A stretch of 64,000 bases of DNA, from contig CAWGMQ010000011.1 of assembly GCA_963823665.1 (NCBI GenBank), forward strand, positions 1,024,001-1,088,000, written 5' to 3'. This stretch comes from an uncultured Planctomycetota bacterium (GTDB lineage: Bacteria; Planctomycetota; Planctomycetia; Isosphaerales; Isosphaeraceae). This document shows positions 31,326 through 41,198 of this stretch, one piece after another. Made by a program: the position numbers and the translations under genes. Position 1 is the first letter of the stretch. Each line of letters begins with the position of its first letter. The notes under the pieces are model-generated. The model was not told where the DNA came from and did not search any database. It worked only from the letters and a program-made list of their open reading frames with translations.

Positions 31326-31397
31326 GGAACTCACCTCCGATAGGGTTAATTATAACCCAACCGGCGCGACATTCTATTTTCAGGTGAGGCAGGACAG

Positions 31398-31650
31398 CCC
31401 GGCCTTCGAGGATATACAGCATCAGCTCGAATCCAACATGGATATGAGCATACGCAACGCCACCTGGGTGAATGGTCGCCACATTCATCGAGAGCTTCGT
31501 CGAGCCGACGTTCTTGGCGCTCATCCCCGCCTTGTACTGGATGTTGTTCCAGCTCCGGCAGTTGCCGGCGGACCGGATCACCCGGATCCCGCCGTCGCCT
31601 TCGACACACTCGCGCAAGTCGACCCCGGTTCGTTCGTCGAGAGGAGGCAT
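31398..31650 (-). pseudogene. Cupin-domain gene, 5' half (interrupted by IS3)
   Basis: PGGVAYAHIHVGFELMLYILEGR is cupin motif 1 and ends at the IS end. Confidence 0.85.
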
Positions 31651-31774
31651 CGCGTTCTTTCCCCGTTCGATCGCCGCAGAGCTACCGGGTGGGGCATCTA
31701 CGGACGACCCACCCGGATGGCCGGTTCGGCACAGCGATTGATTATAACGGAGAACTCGCGGGCCCGCGATCATC

Positions 31775-33367
31775 TCAGGCTTTGGAGAACGACAGGCCGG
31801 GATCATTCGGCGGGCCCCCCAGGACCTTGAACGTGAAATGGCTGTCATCAGTCCAGTGCACGTTGCCGACCATCGTGTTCGAGTTCTGGTCCTGCACGAG
31901 CGTCAAGATCTCGTTCTGGGAACTTGATTTACCGGCGAATGACTGCTCCTTGCCTCCCTTGGCCAAGTTCCAGACGAATCGGCCATCTTCCTGGAATGTC
32001 AAGTTGATCTTCACATCGTTGTTTGGCTGGGCCGTCCACGTTCCATCCAGCTTCGCTTCCCTGCCGGGCGAAGCAGTTGGTGACGGGATGCTCGCAGGAG
32101 GGGGCGCAGGCTGGGGCTGAGACTGAGCAATGTTCCCACCGGTGGGCTGACCTTGAGGCTGCTCGAGCTGTTGCACCAACTGTGCCGAGAGTGTGTCTTT
32201 GGGCTGGAGCGCGGTCACCCTCTTGAGCTCCCGGACAGCCGCCTCGGGGTGCTCCGCGGTCAGGTACTCGTAAGCGAGCACGAAACGCCCGGCGGCCGAG
32301 TTGGGGTTCTGGGAACAATACGTTTCCAGGGCCCGAAGCTGCTGGGTATAAACTTCGGGGTCGGCGTAGAGGCTGATCAGCGTCGTCCAGTCCCAACCCG
32401 GACCGGAAGAAAGCACGGCATAAAGCGGGGCCGAAGCTTCATCGTAACGTCCCAGAGCGAACAAGGTCTGTGCCCGGAATTCGTGGAGCGTCGGGTCATT
32501 CGGCATCGCCTTGATGGCCTGGTCCGCCAGTTCGATTGCCTTGGCGTAGTTACCCTCCTTGAATGCCGCGCGCGCTGCGTCGAAGGTGCTGACAGCCGAA
32601 TCGGCAACAGTCTGATCAGGCTGGGTGACCTGGGGATCGATCGGCTGAGCGTAATCATAGACGAGCGGCTGTTGCGCGACCTGGGTGTTTCCCGCGCCGT
32701 AGCCACCCCCAGAGTAGGGGTTCGAGTAATTCGAGTATCCCCAGTTGTTAAGCATCGGGCCCATCATCCAGGAGGAGAGCCCCCAGCCCATACCCATTCC
32801 CAGGCCGAAACCCAGCCCGCCGCCGAAAAGACCGTAACCACCGTAGCCGCCGTAACCACCGTAGCCGCCGTAACCGCCGTAACCACCGTAGCCGCCGTAG
32901 CCGTAACCCGGGTAGCCAAAACCGTTTCCATAAGGCCGCGAGCCGAAACCCCCGGGAGAATGACCGTTCCAGTAGCCGTGAACCCACCCCGAGTGATAGC
33001 CCATGTAATTGTTCTGCCAGCCAGAACCCATGCGGTTCACGTTGTTGAACGTCCCGGACCGGTTCACGTTATTGAAACCATTCACTCGGTTCACATTATT
33101 GACGGTGTTGGCGCGATTCAGATTCCCCGGAGCTACCTGGCCAGGCATGGCTCGCGGGGTGCTAAGCGACGGAGAGCGATTGAAACCGGATGCCGGTGCC
33201 GCATGGCCCTGAAAGCCGCCGGCGCGGACTCCTCCGCCGCCACGGAAACCCCCACCACCGCCACCACCGCCGCCGCCATGGCCTCCCCCGTGAAATGCCG
33301 CGACGGGCGCGGACAGCGTGAAGAATATCGCGATGGTGAACGTGCTGAACCGAGATAAGGTCGACAT
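31775..33367 (-). CDS. Secreted Gly/Tyr/Asn-rich TPR protein
   Basis: Signal peptide, poly-Gly, NNVNR and GGY repeats, TPR block (FDAARAAFKEGNY...LHEFRAQTLFALGRY...PGWDW). Confidence 0.85.
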   Translation of the reverse strand: MSTLSRFSTFTIAIFFTLSAPVAAFHGGGHGGGGGGGGGGFRGGGGVRAGGFQGHAAPASGFNRSPSLSTPRAMPGQVAPGNLNRANTVNNVNRVNGFNNVNRSGTFNNVNRMGSGWQNNYMGYHSGWVHGYWNGHSPGGFGSRPYGNGFGYPGYGYGGYGGYGGYGGYGGYGGYGGYGLFGGGLGFGLGMGMGWGLSSWMMGPMLNNWGYSNYSNPYSGGGYGAGNTQVAQQPLVYDYAQPIDPQVTQPDQTVADSAVSTFDAARAAFKEGNYAKAIELADQAIKAMPNDPTLHEFRAQTLFALGRYDEASAPLYAVLSSGPGWDWTTLISLYADPEVYTQQLRALETYCSQNPNSAAGRFVLAYEYLTAEHPEAAVRELKRVTALQPKDTLSAQLVQQLEQPQGQPTGGNIAQSQPQPAPPPASIPSPTASPGREAKLDGTWTAQPNNDVKINLTFQEDGRFVWNLAKGGKEQSFAGKSSSQNEILTLVQDQNSNTMVGNVHWTDDSHFTFKVLGGPPNDPGLSFSKA

Positions 33368-33392
33368 GCGCGCCTCCGCCTCTTTCTTTTTC

Positions 33393-34439
33393 TCAAGTGA
33401 TGAATTCTATGTCAGGGATTGCGACTCGCCTGGGCGCTGGCGCCCGGCGGACCATGACGTACTCAGCCGGCTCGGGGATGCTCTGGTCGCCCAGGGTGCG
33501 GTCGGTCGAGCTCCAGCGCATCGAATTGGGGCCGGTCGAATTGAGCAAGTGCGTGGACGATGCACTCCGCCCGTCGGGCAACACCCCCGCCGATTTGACC
33601 ACCCACTGATTCCCCTTCCGGGTCCAGAGCGCGTCGCCGTATCCTCCCTCGGAATCAAACACCCACGACTTAACCTGCCTGGTAAGCGGATCCCAGCCGA
33701 TGCGCTCATTGACCGTCATCACTGGTCGGCCTTGAACGTGGACCGTGAAATCTCGGAGTAGAAAGTTCTTCTCCGGTGACCAGCCGCAGCTCACATATAC
33801 CGTTGAATCCGAGCTCTGCTCGACCCACTCCCCGGTAAGCCATTCGAGTGACTTCAAATGTTCATAATGAGCGACCTTTTGCGGGAATTCTTCGCGTACG
33901 CTGGAATAGAGCCAGTGTCCAGCTTGCTTGATATAAAGAACGGTGTATCGGCGGAGTGTTTCACCTGCGCCGGCTGTACTGACTCGCGTGTGGCCTTCGT
34001 CCTTGGCAACGTCGGGACTCAGAAACTTGAGCGACTCGATCATGATATCGATCGTCGAGTGCGGTCTTTCTTGAAAGATCCGCGTGTAGAGCGCCTCGAT
34101 CGACGGTCGCCCCAGCGCTCGCTCACCTTTCTCATCAATAAGCTCGGCGTCCTCCGTGAACATCGCCGCGACCGCTTTGGCGTCGCCGGCCGCGAAGGAG
34201 CGAGTGAACGCATCTCCCACCGCCCGAATGACCTTCTCATCGTCAGGGCGATCAGTCAGTAAACGAGGTGAGGCCGACGGGACTTTCGGTTCCTCAGATC
34301 GGGAAGCCGAGGGCTGCGCAATGGCGGTGCTTGAACGCTTGAGGGTTTCCTGCGCAGTCGCGACCGGCGCGAGCACAGCGCAGGGCCCGGCGAGCGCAGT
34401 CGCCAACAGCATGATGAGCCTGTCACGTGTGTTCTTCAT
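33393..34439 (-). CDS. Secreted SnoaL/DUF4440 (SgcJ/EcaC-like) protein
   Basis: GDAKAVAAMFTEDA, LKSLEWLTGEW and IGWDP...SWVFDSEGG; signal peptide. Confidence 0.8.
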   Translation of the reverse strand: MKNTRDRLIMLLATALAGPCAVLAPVATAQETLKRSSTAIAQPSASRSEEPKVPSASPRLLTDRPDDEKVIRAVGDAFTRSFAAGDAKAVAAMFTEDAELIDEKGERALGRPSIEALYTRIFQERPHSTIDIMIESLKFLSPDVAKDEGHTRVSTAGAGETLRRYTVLYIKQAGHWLYSSVREEFPQKVAHYEHLKSLEWLTGEWVEQSSDSTVYVSCGWSPEKNFLLRDFTVHVQGRPVMTVNERIGWDPLTRQVKSWVFDSEGGYGDALWTRKGNQWVVKSAGVLPDGRSASSTHLLNSTGPNSMRWSSTDRTLGDQSIPEPAEYVMVRRAPAPRRVAIPDIEFIT

Positions 34440-34616
34440 GGGGGTGAATCTCTGATGGTGGATTGGGAACCAGCGAGATACACCGTGCAATCGTCGTGCC
34501 GAAGTCCTCCCCCTATCCGCTGCAAATCCCATCTTGCTAATCTTGTGTCGTCCTCTTGCAATGTATAGCACACAAAGCCCAGGCGCTCGGGCTGACGAAT
34601 CTCCGAGGCAACGACG

Positions 34617-35858
34617 ATGAGTGAAACGCGCGTGAATCTAGCCGTCGATCGTTTCCACGACGAGCAAACGGCGGAAGACCCATTCGCACGCTATCGCGAC
34701 CAGTTTCCCATCCTGGCGCACACCAACTACTTGATCAGCAACTCGCTTGGAGCGGTTCCCGCCTCGACCGCTGCCAGTCTCCAAGCCTACTACGAGGCGT
34801 GGGCCACCCGCGGAGTCCGGGCGTGGGAAGATTCGTGGTGGTCCCTGGTTGTCGACCTGGGCGACCTTCTCGCCCCGCTCATCGGTGCCAGGAATGGCGA
34901 GGTGGTCTTTCAGCCCAACGTCACGCTATCGCACGCCGTCGTGTTCAGTGCCGTTGGGTTTTCTGGCCCCCGGAACAAGATCGTCACGGACGCCATGCAT
35001 TTCCCGTCGATCCTCTATCTCATCGACGAACAGCGGAATCGCTCGGCCACGGTCGAGGTGATTCCCTCGTGCGACGGCATCACAATCGATACGAATGAGC
35101 TCCTCGATCGCATCGACGAGCACACCGCGATCGTGAACATCTCCCACGTCCTGTTCAAATCGGCCTACATTCATGATGTCGCCGCAATCGCGGAAAAGGC
35201 CCGCCGCGTCGGTGCGATGACGGTGATCGACGGCTACCAGGCGGTAGGCACGATTCCCGTCGATGTCCGCGCGCTGGGCGTCGATGTTTACATCGGCGGT
35301 TGCCTCAAATGGCTCTGCGGCGGTCCTGGCGCCGCGTTTCTCTGGGTCGACCCCGCGGTGCGCGGGCGACTCGAACCGGCAATCACCGGCTGGATGGCGC
35401 ATCAGCGCCCATTCGCCTTCGAGCGCTCCCAGGATCGCCGTACAGACGCCTGGCGTCTCCTGCACGGAACACCAAGCATTCCGGCGCTCCACGCCGCAAA
35501 GCCCGGACTGCTCCTGATCAACGAAGTCGGCATCGACGCGATTCGTGAGAAGTCAGAGCGACAGATAGAGCGGCTCATGGACCTGGCCGCTCGGGAGGGA
35601 TTCCCCTGCACCACCCCTCGCGACCCTGCGCGACGCGGGGGCACCGTCGCCGTCAACGTCGAGCATGCGTACGAGGTTTCGCAGTGCCTCAAATCGCGGG
35701 ATATCCTTTGCGACTACCGCCCGGGCGCCGGCATTCGTTTTTCTCCTCATTTCTACAACCTCGACTCCGAGCTGGACGCCGCGATCGAGGCCATCCGCGA
35801 GATCCGATCGTCCGGGGCCTGGCGAGAATTCGGAACCGGGGAATCGGGCGTAACGTGA
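34617..35858 (+). CDS. kynU: Kynureninase (PLP aminotransferase class V fold)
   Basis: YLISNSLG, FPS, SHVLFKS, DGYQAVG, GCLKWLCGGPG, GW, GTP, RGG and IRFSPHFYN. Confidence 0.75.
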   Translation: MSETRVNLAVDRFHDEQTAEDPFARYRDQFPILAHTNYLISNSLGAVPASTAASLQAYYEAWATRGVRAWEDSWWSLVVDLGDLLAPLIGARNGEVVFQPNVTLSHAVVFSAVGFSGPRNKIVTDAMHFPSILYLIDEQRNRSATVEVIPSCDGITIDTNELLDRIDEHTAIVNISHVLFKSAYIHDVAAIAEKARRVGAMTVIDGYQAVGTIPVDVRALGVDVYIGGCLKWLCGGPGAAFLWVDPAVRGRLEPAITGWMAHQRPFAFERSQDRRTDAWRLLHGTPSIPALHAAKPGLLLINEVGIDAIREKSERQIERLMDLAAREGFPCTTPRDPARRGGTVAVNVEHAYEVSQCLKSRDILCDYRPGAGIRFSPHFYNLDSELDAAIEAIREIRSSGAWREFGTGESGVT

Positions 35859-35967
35859 CCTGAGAGTAATAAAATGTGAGGGACCGGAAGTGTACTTGAT
35901 CCCGAACGTGAGAAATCCTTCAGCTCGTTGACCACGACGATTGACCTTCGCGAGAGGCGCCACCGGA

Positions 35968-36411
35968 ATGAACGTCAGACGCCGGATACTCGAGTGGCTT
36001 CTCTGGTTGTCGATCTCGGCACTGCTCGGTGTGGTCAGCCTGGAAGCGGCATCATTCTTCATCCCCCGCTCCGAGAGCTTTCTCTCCATCGGAGGCGGCT
36101 TCTATGCCTTCCTGCGACCGGGCTGGATCGACCTGGCCAGCGACCTGGACTCGGCTTCCGGCTATCCAGCGCCCGCCAGTGTGAACCCCCGCAACATCAT
36201 CGCGCCCCCGGTCAAGCGAAGCGGCACCATAAACCTGCCAGGGTTTTCCCTTAGCTTCTGCCTCTTCCGCGGCAACTCCGCGATCTGGTCGGCGAAGATC
36301 TCGCTCCTCGTGCCCCTGGTGCTTTCCAGTTTCATCATCGCCATCGTGTACTACCGGTTAAACCGCCTGAAGATGCGCAAAGCGGCACCGCCACTGCCCT
36401 CGCTTCCGTAG
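35968..36411 (+). CDS. Hypothetical membrane protein
   Basis: Two hydrophobic segments flanking a soluble loop. Confidence 0.65.
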   Translation: MNVRRRILEWLLWLSISALLGVVSLEAASFFIPRSESFLSIGGGFYAFLRPGWIDLASDLDSASGYPAPASVNPRNIIAPPVKRSGTINLPGFSLSFCLFRGNSAIWSAKISLLVPLVLSSFIIAIVYYRLNRLKMRKAAPPLPSLP

Positions 36412-36617
36412 AGGCCACGCGAGCCGGCTCGCTTCCACGCTTGCACCGAATGTCGAGCCACCTCGGTCAACCTTTGTCAAATCTTCGTCGAATCCGGCTT
36501 TGGGACTGGATCGCGGCATCGCAATTGCCGCCTGAGTTTAGTCGGCGCGGGGGTGTCCCCGCGCTCGGGCACAGCCCGGATAAAGGAGCCCTGATTCGAC
36601 TCAACAGGAGAAACGAC

Positions 36618-37310
36618 ATGAGAGATCGACTCGCTGTGTTTGCCACCACGTCCACCATTTGTGTGTTGCTCGCCATGAGCCCGTACTCGCGGGCGCAGCA
36701 GCAAGACAAGCAGCCCACTGGCGCAGCGAACCAGAACCCGACGGCCGGCCAGAACAGAAACCAGGCGTCCTCCGCGAGCGAGACGATCCGCGGGGTGATC
36801 GCGAACGTCACGGCCGAAGGCGAAGCGATGTTCGACTACCGGACCAATCGGGGGGTCGCGGCCGAAGCCGCGTTCCTCACCGTAGTCGGCTCGCCGGTCA
36901 AGACTGAAGGTGCCGAAACCACGCGGACGGCCACGGGTTCAACCGAAGAGCGCGGCACGTCGAACCGAAAGCGGCACAACGTGTATTACGTCTGGCTGAC
37001 GCCTCGCACGAAGATCTGCGAGGGCACTGCGCGAGGCGAGAAGACAGCCGCCGCCGGCGAAACCGCGCGGTCCGGCCAGAAACGCGAGATCACGCTCGAC
37101 AATCTGGAGGTCGGCGATCACGTCGAGATCCAGTTCACCAAAAACGACGACTCCGGCTCGACGGGCTCTGCCCATCAGACGGAACAGATGCGCAGAAAAC
37201 ACGGACGTCACCGCACCCACGTCGGTTTCGCGTCGGAGATCACCGTCCTGCCGGATATGGGCTCCCATGAGGCTCAGGGGGAGCGGCGGGATAAGAGCAC
37301 CTCGCAGTAA
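36618..37310 (+). CDS. Secreted hypothetical protein
   Basis: AGGAG RBS, signal peptide ending SRA-Q, LEVGDHVEI beta motif, followed by a terminator. Confidence 0.75.
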   Translation: MRDRLAVFATTSTICVLLAMSPYSRAQQQDKQPTGAANQNPTAGQNRNQASSASETIRGVIANVTAEGEAMFDYRTNRGVAAEAAFLTVVGSPVKTEGAETTRTATGSTEERGTSNRKRHNVYYVWLTPRTKICEGTARGEKTAAAGETARSGQKREITLDNLEVGDHVEIQFTKNDDSGSTGSAHQTEQMRRKHGRHRTHVGFASEITVLPDMGSHEAQGERRDKSTSQ

Positions 37311-37347
37311 CGGTGCTACTGCAGTGGCTGCCACTCAGATCGCCGCG

Positions 37348-37381
37348 CGGCCGGGGAGCGATTCCGCTTCCCGGCCGTTTT
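37348..37381 (+). terminator. Rho-independent terminator
   Basis: CGGCCGGGGAGCG-ATTC-CGCTTCCCGGCCG followed by TTTT. Confidence 0.75.
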
Positions 37382-37494
37382 GCGTTCAAACGCGTGACGA
37401 ATTCGCAGCCGCTTGTCTCCGAACGGACGCGCCGTTATTCTCTTTTCTCGCTTGATGCTTCTGAGTACGGCAATACCTGACCAAAGTGTCGTGC

Positions 37495-38307
37495 ATGATC
37501 AACGTGTTGTTCTGGAACGCTGGCAGAGAGCCACGACAATCGCAGATCGTTCAACTCGCAATTCACTACGATATCGATATCATCCTGCTCGCCGAATTCG
37601 TGGATCAACCGGACGATATGCTGAGTGCTCTGAACGAAACGAAAGTTGCTTACGACTATTCTCCAGGGAATGGAAACACAAAGATCTCGGTTTTTGCCCG
37701 ATTTGCTGACGAATACGTTCGGCCTGTGTTTGAGACAGACAGGCTTACAGTTCGCCGGCTCAAACTCCCGGGGAAGGACGAGATTCTTCTGGCTGTTGTC
37801 CATTTTCCGAGTAAGCTGCATTGGAGCGATGAGAGTCAGGCATTCGAATGCACCAAACTCGCGGCTGACATCCGAGAGGCGGAAAGGAAATCAGGCCACC
37901 AAAGAACCGTTCTCGTAGGCGATTTCAATATGAATCCATTCGAGGCGGGAATCGTCAGCGCGCTCGGGATACACGGCGTGATGGACCGAAGAATTGCGCA
38001 GGGCGGTTCCCGTTTTGTTCAAGACTGTGAGTACACATTTTTCTATAATCCCATGTGGAGCTTTTTAGGCGACTGCTCACCGGGACCGCCCGGTACGCTT
38101 TATTACCAACGCGCCGAGCACCGCGTTTATTTTTGGAACATGTTCGACCAAGTTCTCGTCCGGCCAGAGCTGTTGGATCGTTTTCGAATGGATGGATTGG
38201 CCATCATTGACCATAATGGAGAAGAGTCCCTTCTGACCAATGCCGGACGACCGAATGCAAGGATAGGATCGGATCACCTACCAATCCGCTTTCGACTCAG
38301 CTTATAG
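37495..38307 (+). CDS. Endonuclease/exonuclease/phosphatase (EEP) family protein
   Basis: FWN, LLAE, H, GDFNMNP, FDQVL and SDHLPI catalytic motifs; no signal peptide; AT-richer than flanks. Confidence 0.9.
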   Translation: MINVLFWNAGREPRQSQIVQLAIHYDIDIILLAEFVDQPDDMLSALNETKVAYDYSPGNGNTKISVFARFADEYVRPVFETDRLTVRRLKLPGKDEILLAVVHFPSKLHWSDESQAFECTKLAADIREAERKSGHQRTVLVGDFNMNPFEAGIVSALGIHGVMDRRIAQGGSRFVQDCEYTFFYNPMWSFLGDCSPGPPGTLYYQRAEHRVYFWNMFDQVLVRPELLDRFRMDGLAIIDHNGEESLLTNAGRPNARIGSDHLPIRFRLSL

Positions 38308-38316
38308 GTGCTTAGA

Positions 38317-38802
38317 ATGACCGACCTCTGGCCATCAGACCTCGCCACGACAACGACCAGATCGCCCCTCACGGTTCTCAAAGAGCAAGCGTCCTTGCTA
38401 GGCCTCAAGACGAGGAACATCGTCAAAGCCGGCGTCCGTCGATTTCAGGCGATCCCGCCACCGCCAAGTATCGGATATCTCACAACCGCCAAGTCTGTGC
38501 CACGCCCAGACGAGCCATTCCAGTACGCATTCTACCTGCAAGCTCCGGCGCTGGATAATTACACTTACCGCCTCTTTTCAGCGGCGTACGATGTTAATCT
38601 ATATCCTGTGCGGGTCTTAGTCGACGAGGATATCGCTGCAGAGATGGTCGCCGGAAGTGATGAACACTTCGCAAACAGTGAGGAAGACTTCAAGCAGTTG
38701 CTCTCAAGAATCCTCGGATCACAGAAAACTCGCAAGGTGATCAACGCGCTCCTGTCGCAGAGCACGGATCTGGTCCCGGTCAGCGGCACTTCATCCGAGT
38801 AA
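38317..38802 (+). CDS. Hypothetical protein co-oriented with the EEP gene
   Basis: MTDLWP...SPLTVLKEQASLLG...APALDNYTYRLF...YPV...F..LL..IL.S; starts 10 bp after the EEP stop. Confidence 0.8.
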   Translation: MTDLWPSDLATTTTRSPLTVLKEQASLLGLKTRNIVKAGVRRFQAIPPPPSIGYLTTAKSVPRPDEPFQYAFYLQAPALDNYTYRLFSAAYDVNLYPVRVLVDEDIAAEMVAGSDEHFANSEEDFKQLLSRILGSQKTRKVINALLSQSTDLVPVSGTSSE

Positions 38803-38844
38803 GCCGAACACCGTTGGCGTAGTTGGTTCACATCGAAGGCTCAC

Positions 38845-39967
38845 TCACACCCTCCCAACCGGTGTCTCCACCCACCTCCTCTCCGTGTGCGCCTGTAGCA
38901 CCGCGTCGGCGACAATCTGCGCGTTCCACCCGTCATAGAAACTCGGTACAGCCGCGCGGCCCTCGACGATTGCCGTGATGAACTCCCACATCAGGTCGTA
39001 CCGGAAAACGGTTGCCGGCGCACCCTCGGCCGGGTCGCGCGGGCTGCCAGCGGGCTTGAGAAACTCGGGCGGCACCACCACCGGCGCCAGGTCCTGGCCG
39101 GTCTTGCCCAGCAAGATCGTGTTCGGCTCGTGCAACCGGTAAACGGCCGAGCCCTCCGAGCCGTTCACCTCGGCCCATTCGTGGCCGAAACCGTCGCGGT
39201 GATAGCCCTTCGCCAGCGTCGTTCCCTCCCACACGCCTGTTGCTCCGCCCGCGAATTCACCGATCAAGCACGACCAGTCGTCGACGTCCGACGGTGCGCA
39301 CGACCTCGCCGCTGATCGTCCGGTCGCGACTTGCAAATCGCGCAACCGCGCCGCACACACGCGCAATCGGCCCCAACAGGTCGATTGCAAAATCGATCCG
39401 GTGAATCGTCATATCGAAGAGGTCGCCCGCGCCCGCCCGCGCCTTGTATTGCCGCCAGCCCCAGCTCGTCTCGGGCCAGTCCAGAAATCGCTGCGACCGA
39501 AAATGGCGGGGCGTTCCCAGCGCCCCCGACTTGAGCAAGTGCCGCAGATAACGCATTGATGGCGCAAAACGATAAGTGAACGCCGTCATGTGCACCACGC
39601 CCGCGTCGCGCGCCGCGGTGTACATCGTGCCCACTTCCGCCGCGCTCAAGCCCAGCGGCTTCTCGCACATGACGTGCTTGCCAGCCCGCGCCGCAGCCAG
39701 CGCAATCGGTCGATGCGTGTCATTGGGAGTGGCGATCACCACCGCGTCGACCTCCTCGAAACCGCACACCACCTCGGGGTCGGTCGAGGCGTGCGCGACG
39801 CCCCACTCGGCCTGCCGCTTCTTGAGGATCTCGGGGTCGGAATCGCAGATCGCCACCAGTTCGGCGCGCGAATCGAGCCGCAGCCCGGGCAAATGATGAT
39901 AGGCCGTCACGGCCCCGGTACCGATGAACCCCACGCCAACCTTCCGGCCCGCTTCAAGTGCCGACAT
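38845..39967 (-). CDS. Gfo/Idh/MocA oxidoreductase, frameshifted near 39310
   Basis: GFIGTG, IATPNDTH, MCEKPL and DMTIHRID; C-terminus in ORF 38845..39390. Confidence 0.88.
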
Positions 39968-40065
39968 CTCGTTGATCCTTTCAGGGTGCTTGCCTTCACT
40001 TGCAACCGCCACTATCCTGCACTTTACCTCACACGAAATTCACTATCTCCAGAGGAGAACGCGGC

Positions 40066-41196
40066 ATGGCGGGCGAAAAGCCGATCCGTGTGGCCATCGT
40101 CGGGCTGGGCTTCGGGGCCGAATTCATCCCGATCTATCAAAAATACCCCGGCGCGGAAATCTACGCGATCTGCCGCCGCGACCGCAAGGGCCTGGACGAA
40201 TGCGGCGATCGCTACGGTATCAAGACGCGCTACACCGACTACCGTGATCTGCTCAAAGACCCCGCCGTCGACGCCGTCCATATCAACTCGCCTATTCCCG
40301 ACCACGCCTGGATGTCGATCGAGGCTTTGAACGCCGGCAAACACGTCGCCTGCACGGTTCCCATGGGAACCTCGATCGACGAATGCAAGAAGATCGTCGC
40401 CGCCCAGCGCTCCAGCGGCAAGATCTACATGATGATGGAAACCGTCGTCTACAGCCGCGAATACCTCTTCGTCAAGGAGCTGCACGACAAAGGCGAGCTC
40501 GGCAAGCTCCAGTTCCTGCGCGGAAGCCACCAGCAGGATATGGACGGCTGGCCCGACTACTGGCCCGGATTGCCGCCGATGTGGTACGCCACGCACTGCG
40601 TGAGCCCTTGCCTGGCCATCCTGGGAAAACACGCCAAGAGCGTGGTCTGCCACGGATCGGGCCGGATCCGCGAAGAGCTCATCGGCCGCTACGGCAGCCC
40701 CTTCGCCGTCGAAACTGCCACCTTCACCATCAAGGACTCCGACGTCGTCGCCGAGGTCACCCGTACCCTCTTCGACGTCGCCCGCCAGTATCGCGAAAGT
40801 TTTGACGCCACCGGCAGCAAGAAGAGCTTCGAATGGCAGCAGGTCGAGGGCGAAGACCCCGTCATTCACACCAAGAGCAGCGCCCTTCACCCGCTGTCGG
40901 AACCGGAAATCGCGAAGCGAGTGAAGGTGCCCGACTTTGCCCATTTGCTGCCGGAGCCCATCCGCCGGTTCACCCAGCCGGCCGCAATTCAGGATGCCGA
41001 CCACCTTTCCTTCCTCCAGGGCGGCGGTCACGGCGGCTCGCATCCTCACCTGGTTCATGCGTTTCTGAGCGCACTCAAGGGCGACCGCCCTGCCCTGCCC
41101 GACGCCGCCACCTCGGCCAACTGGACCATGGTCGGCCTCTGCGCTCACGACTCGGCGATGAACGGAGGAAAACGCATCGACATCCTTGTGCTCTGA
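40066..41196 (+). CDS. Gfo/Idh/MocA oxidoreductase
   Basis: VAIVGLGFG, HVACTVPM, PPMWYATH and GGGHGGSH; GAGGAG RBS. Confidence 0.9.
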   Translation: MAGEKPIRVAIVGLGFGAEFIPIYQKYPGAEIYAICRRDRKGLDECGDRYGIKTRYTDYRDLLKDPAVDAVHINSPIPDHAWMSIEALNAGKHVACTVPMGTSIDECKKIVAAQRSSGKIYMMMETVVYSREYLFVKELHDKGELGKLQFLRGSHQQDMDGWPDYWPGLPPMWYATHCVSPCLAILGKHAKSVVCHGSGRIREELIGRYGSPFAVETATFTIKDSDVVAEVTRTLFDVARQYRESFDATGSKKSFEWQQVEGEDPVIHTKSSALHPLSEPEIAKRVKVPDFAHLLPEPIRRFTQPAAIQDADHLSFLQGGGHGGSHPHLVHAFLSALKGDRPALPDAATSANWTMVGLCAHDSAMNGGKRIDILVL

Positions 41197-41198
41197 AT

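Larger units (their letters stand above)
29769..31396 (-). mobile_element. IS3-family insertion sequence, 1628 bp
   Basis: Imperfect terminal IRs TGTCTTGGTTCACCGTGAAATGGAAT / TGTCCTGCCTCACCTGAAAATAGAAT (TG...CA ends); flanks ACCC / GCCC; orfA plus orfB. Confidence 0.92.

Noticed and set aside
32830..32915. 9-bp tandem repeat as a DNA-level element
   Set aside because: It encodes the GGY repeats of the TPR protein, with synonymous variation.
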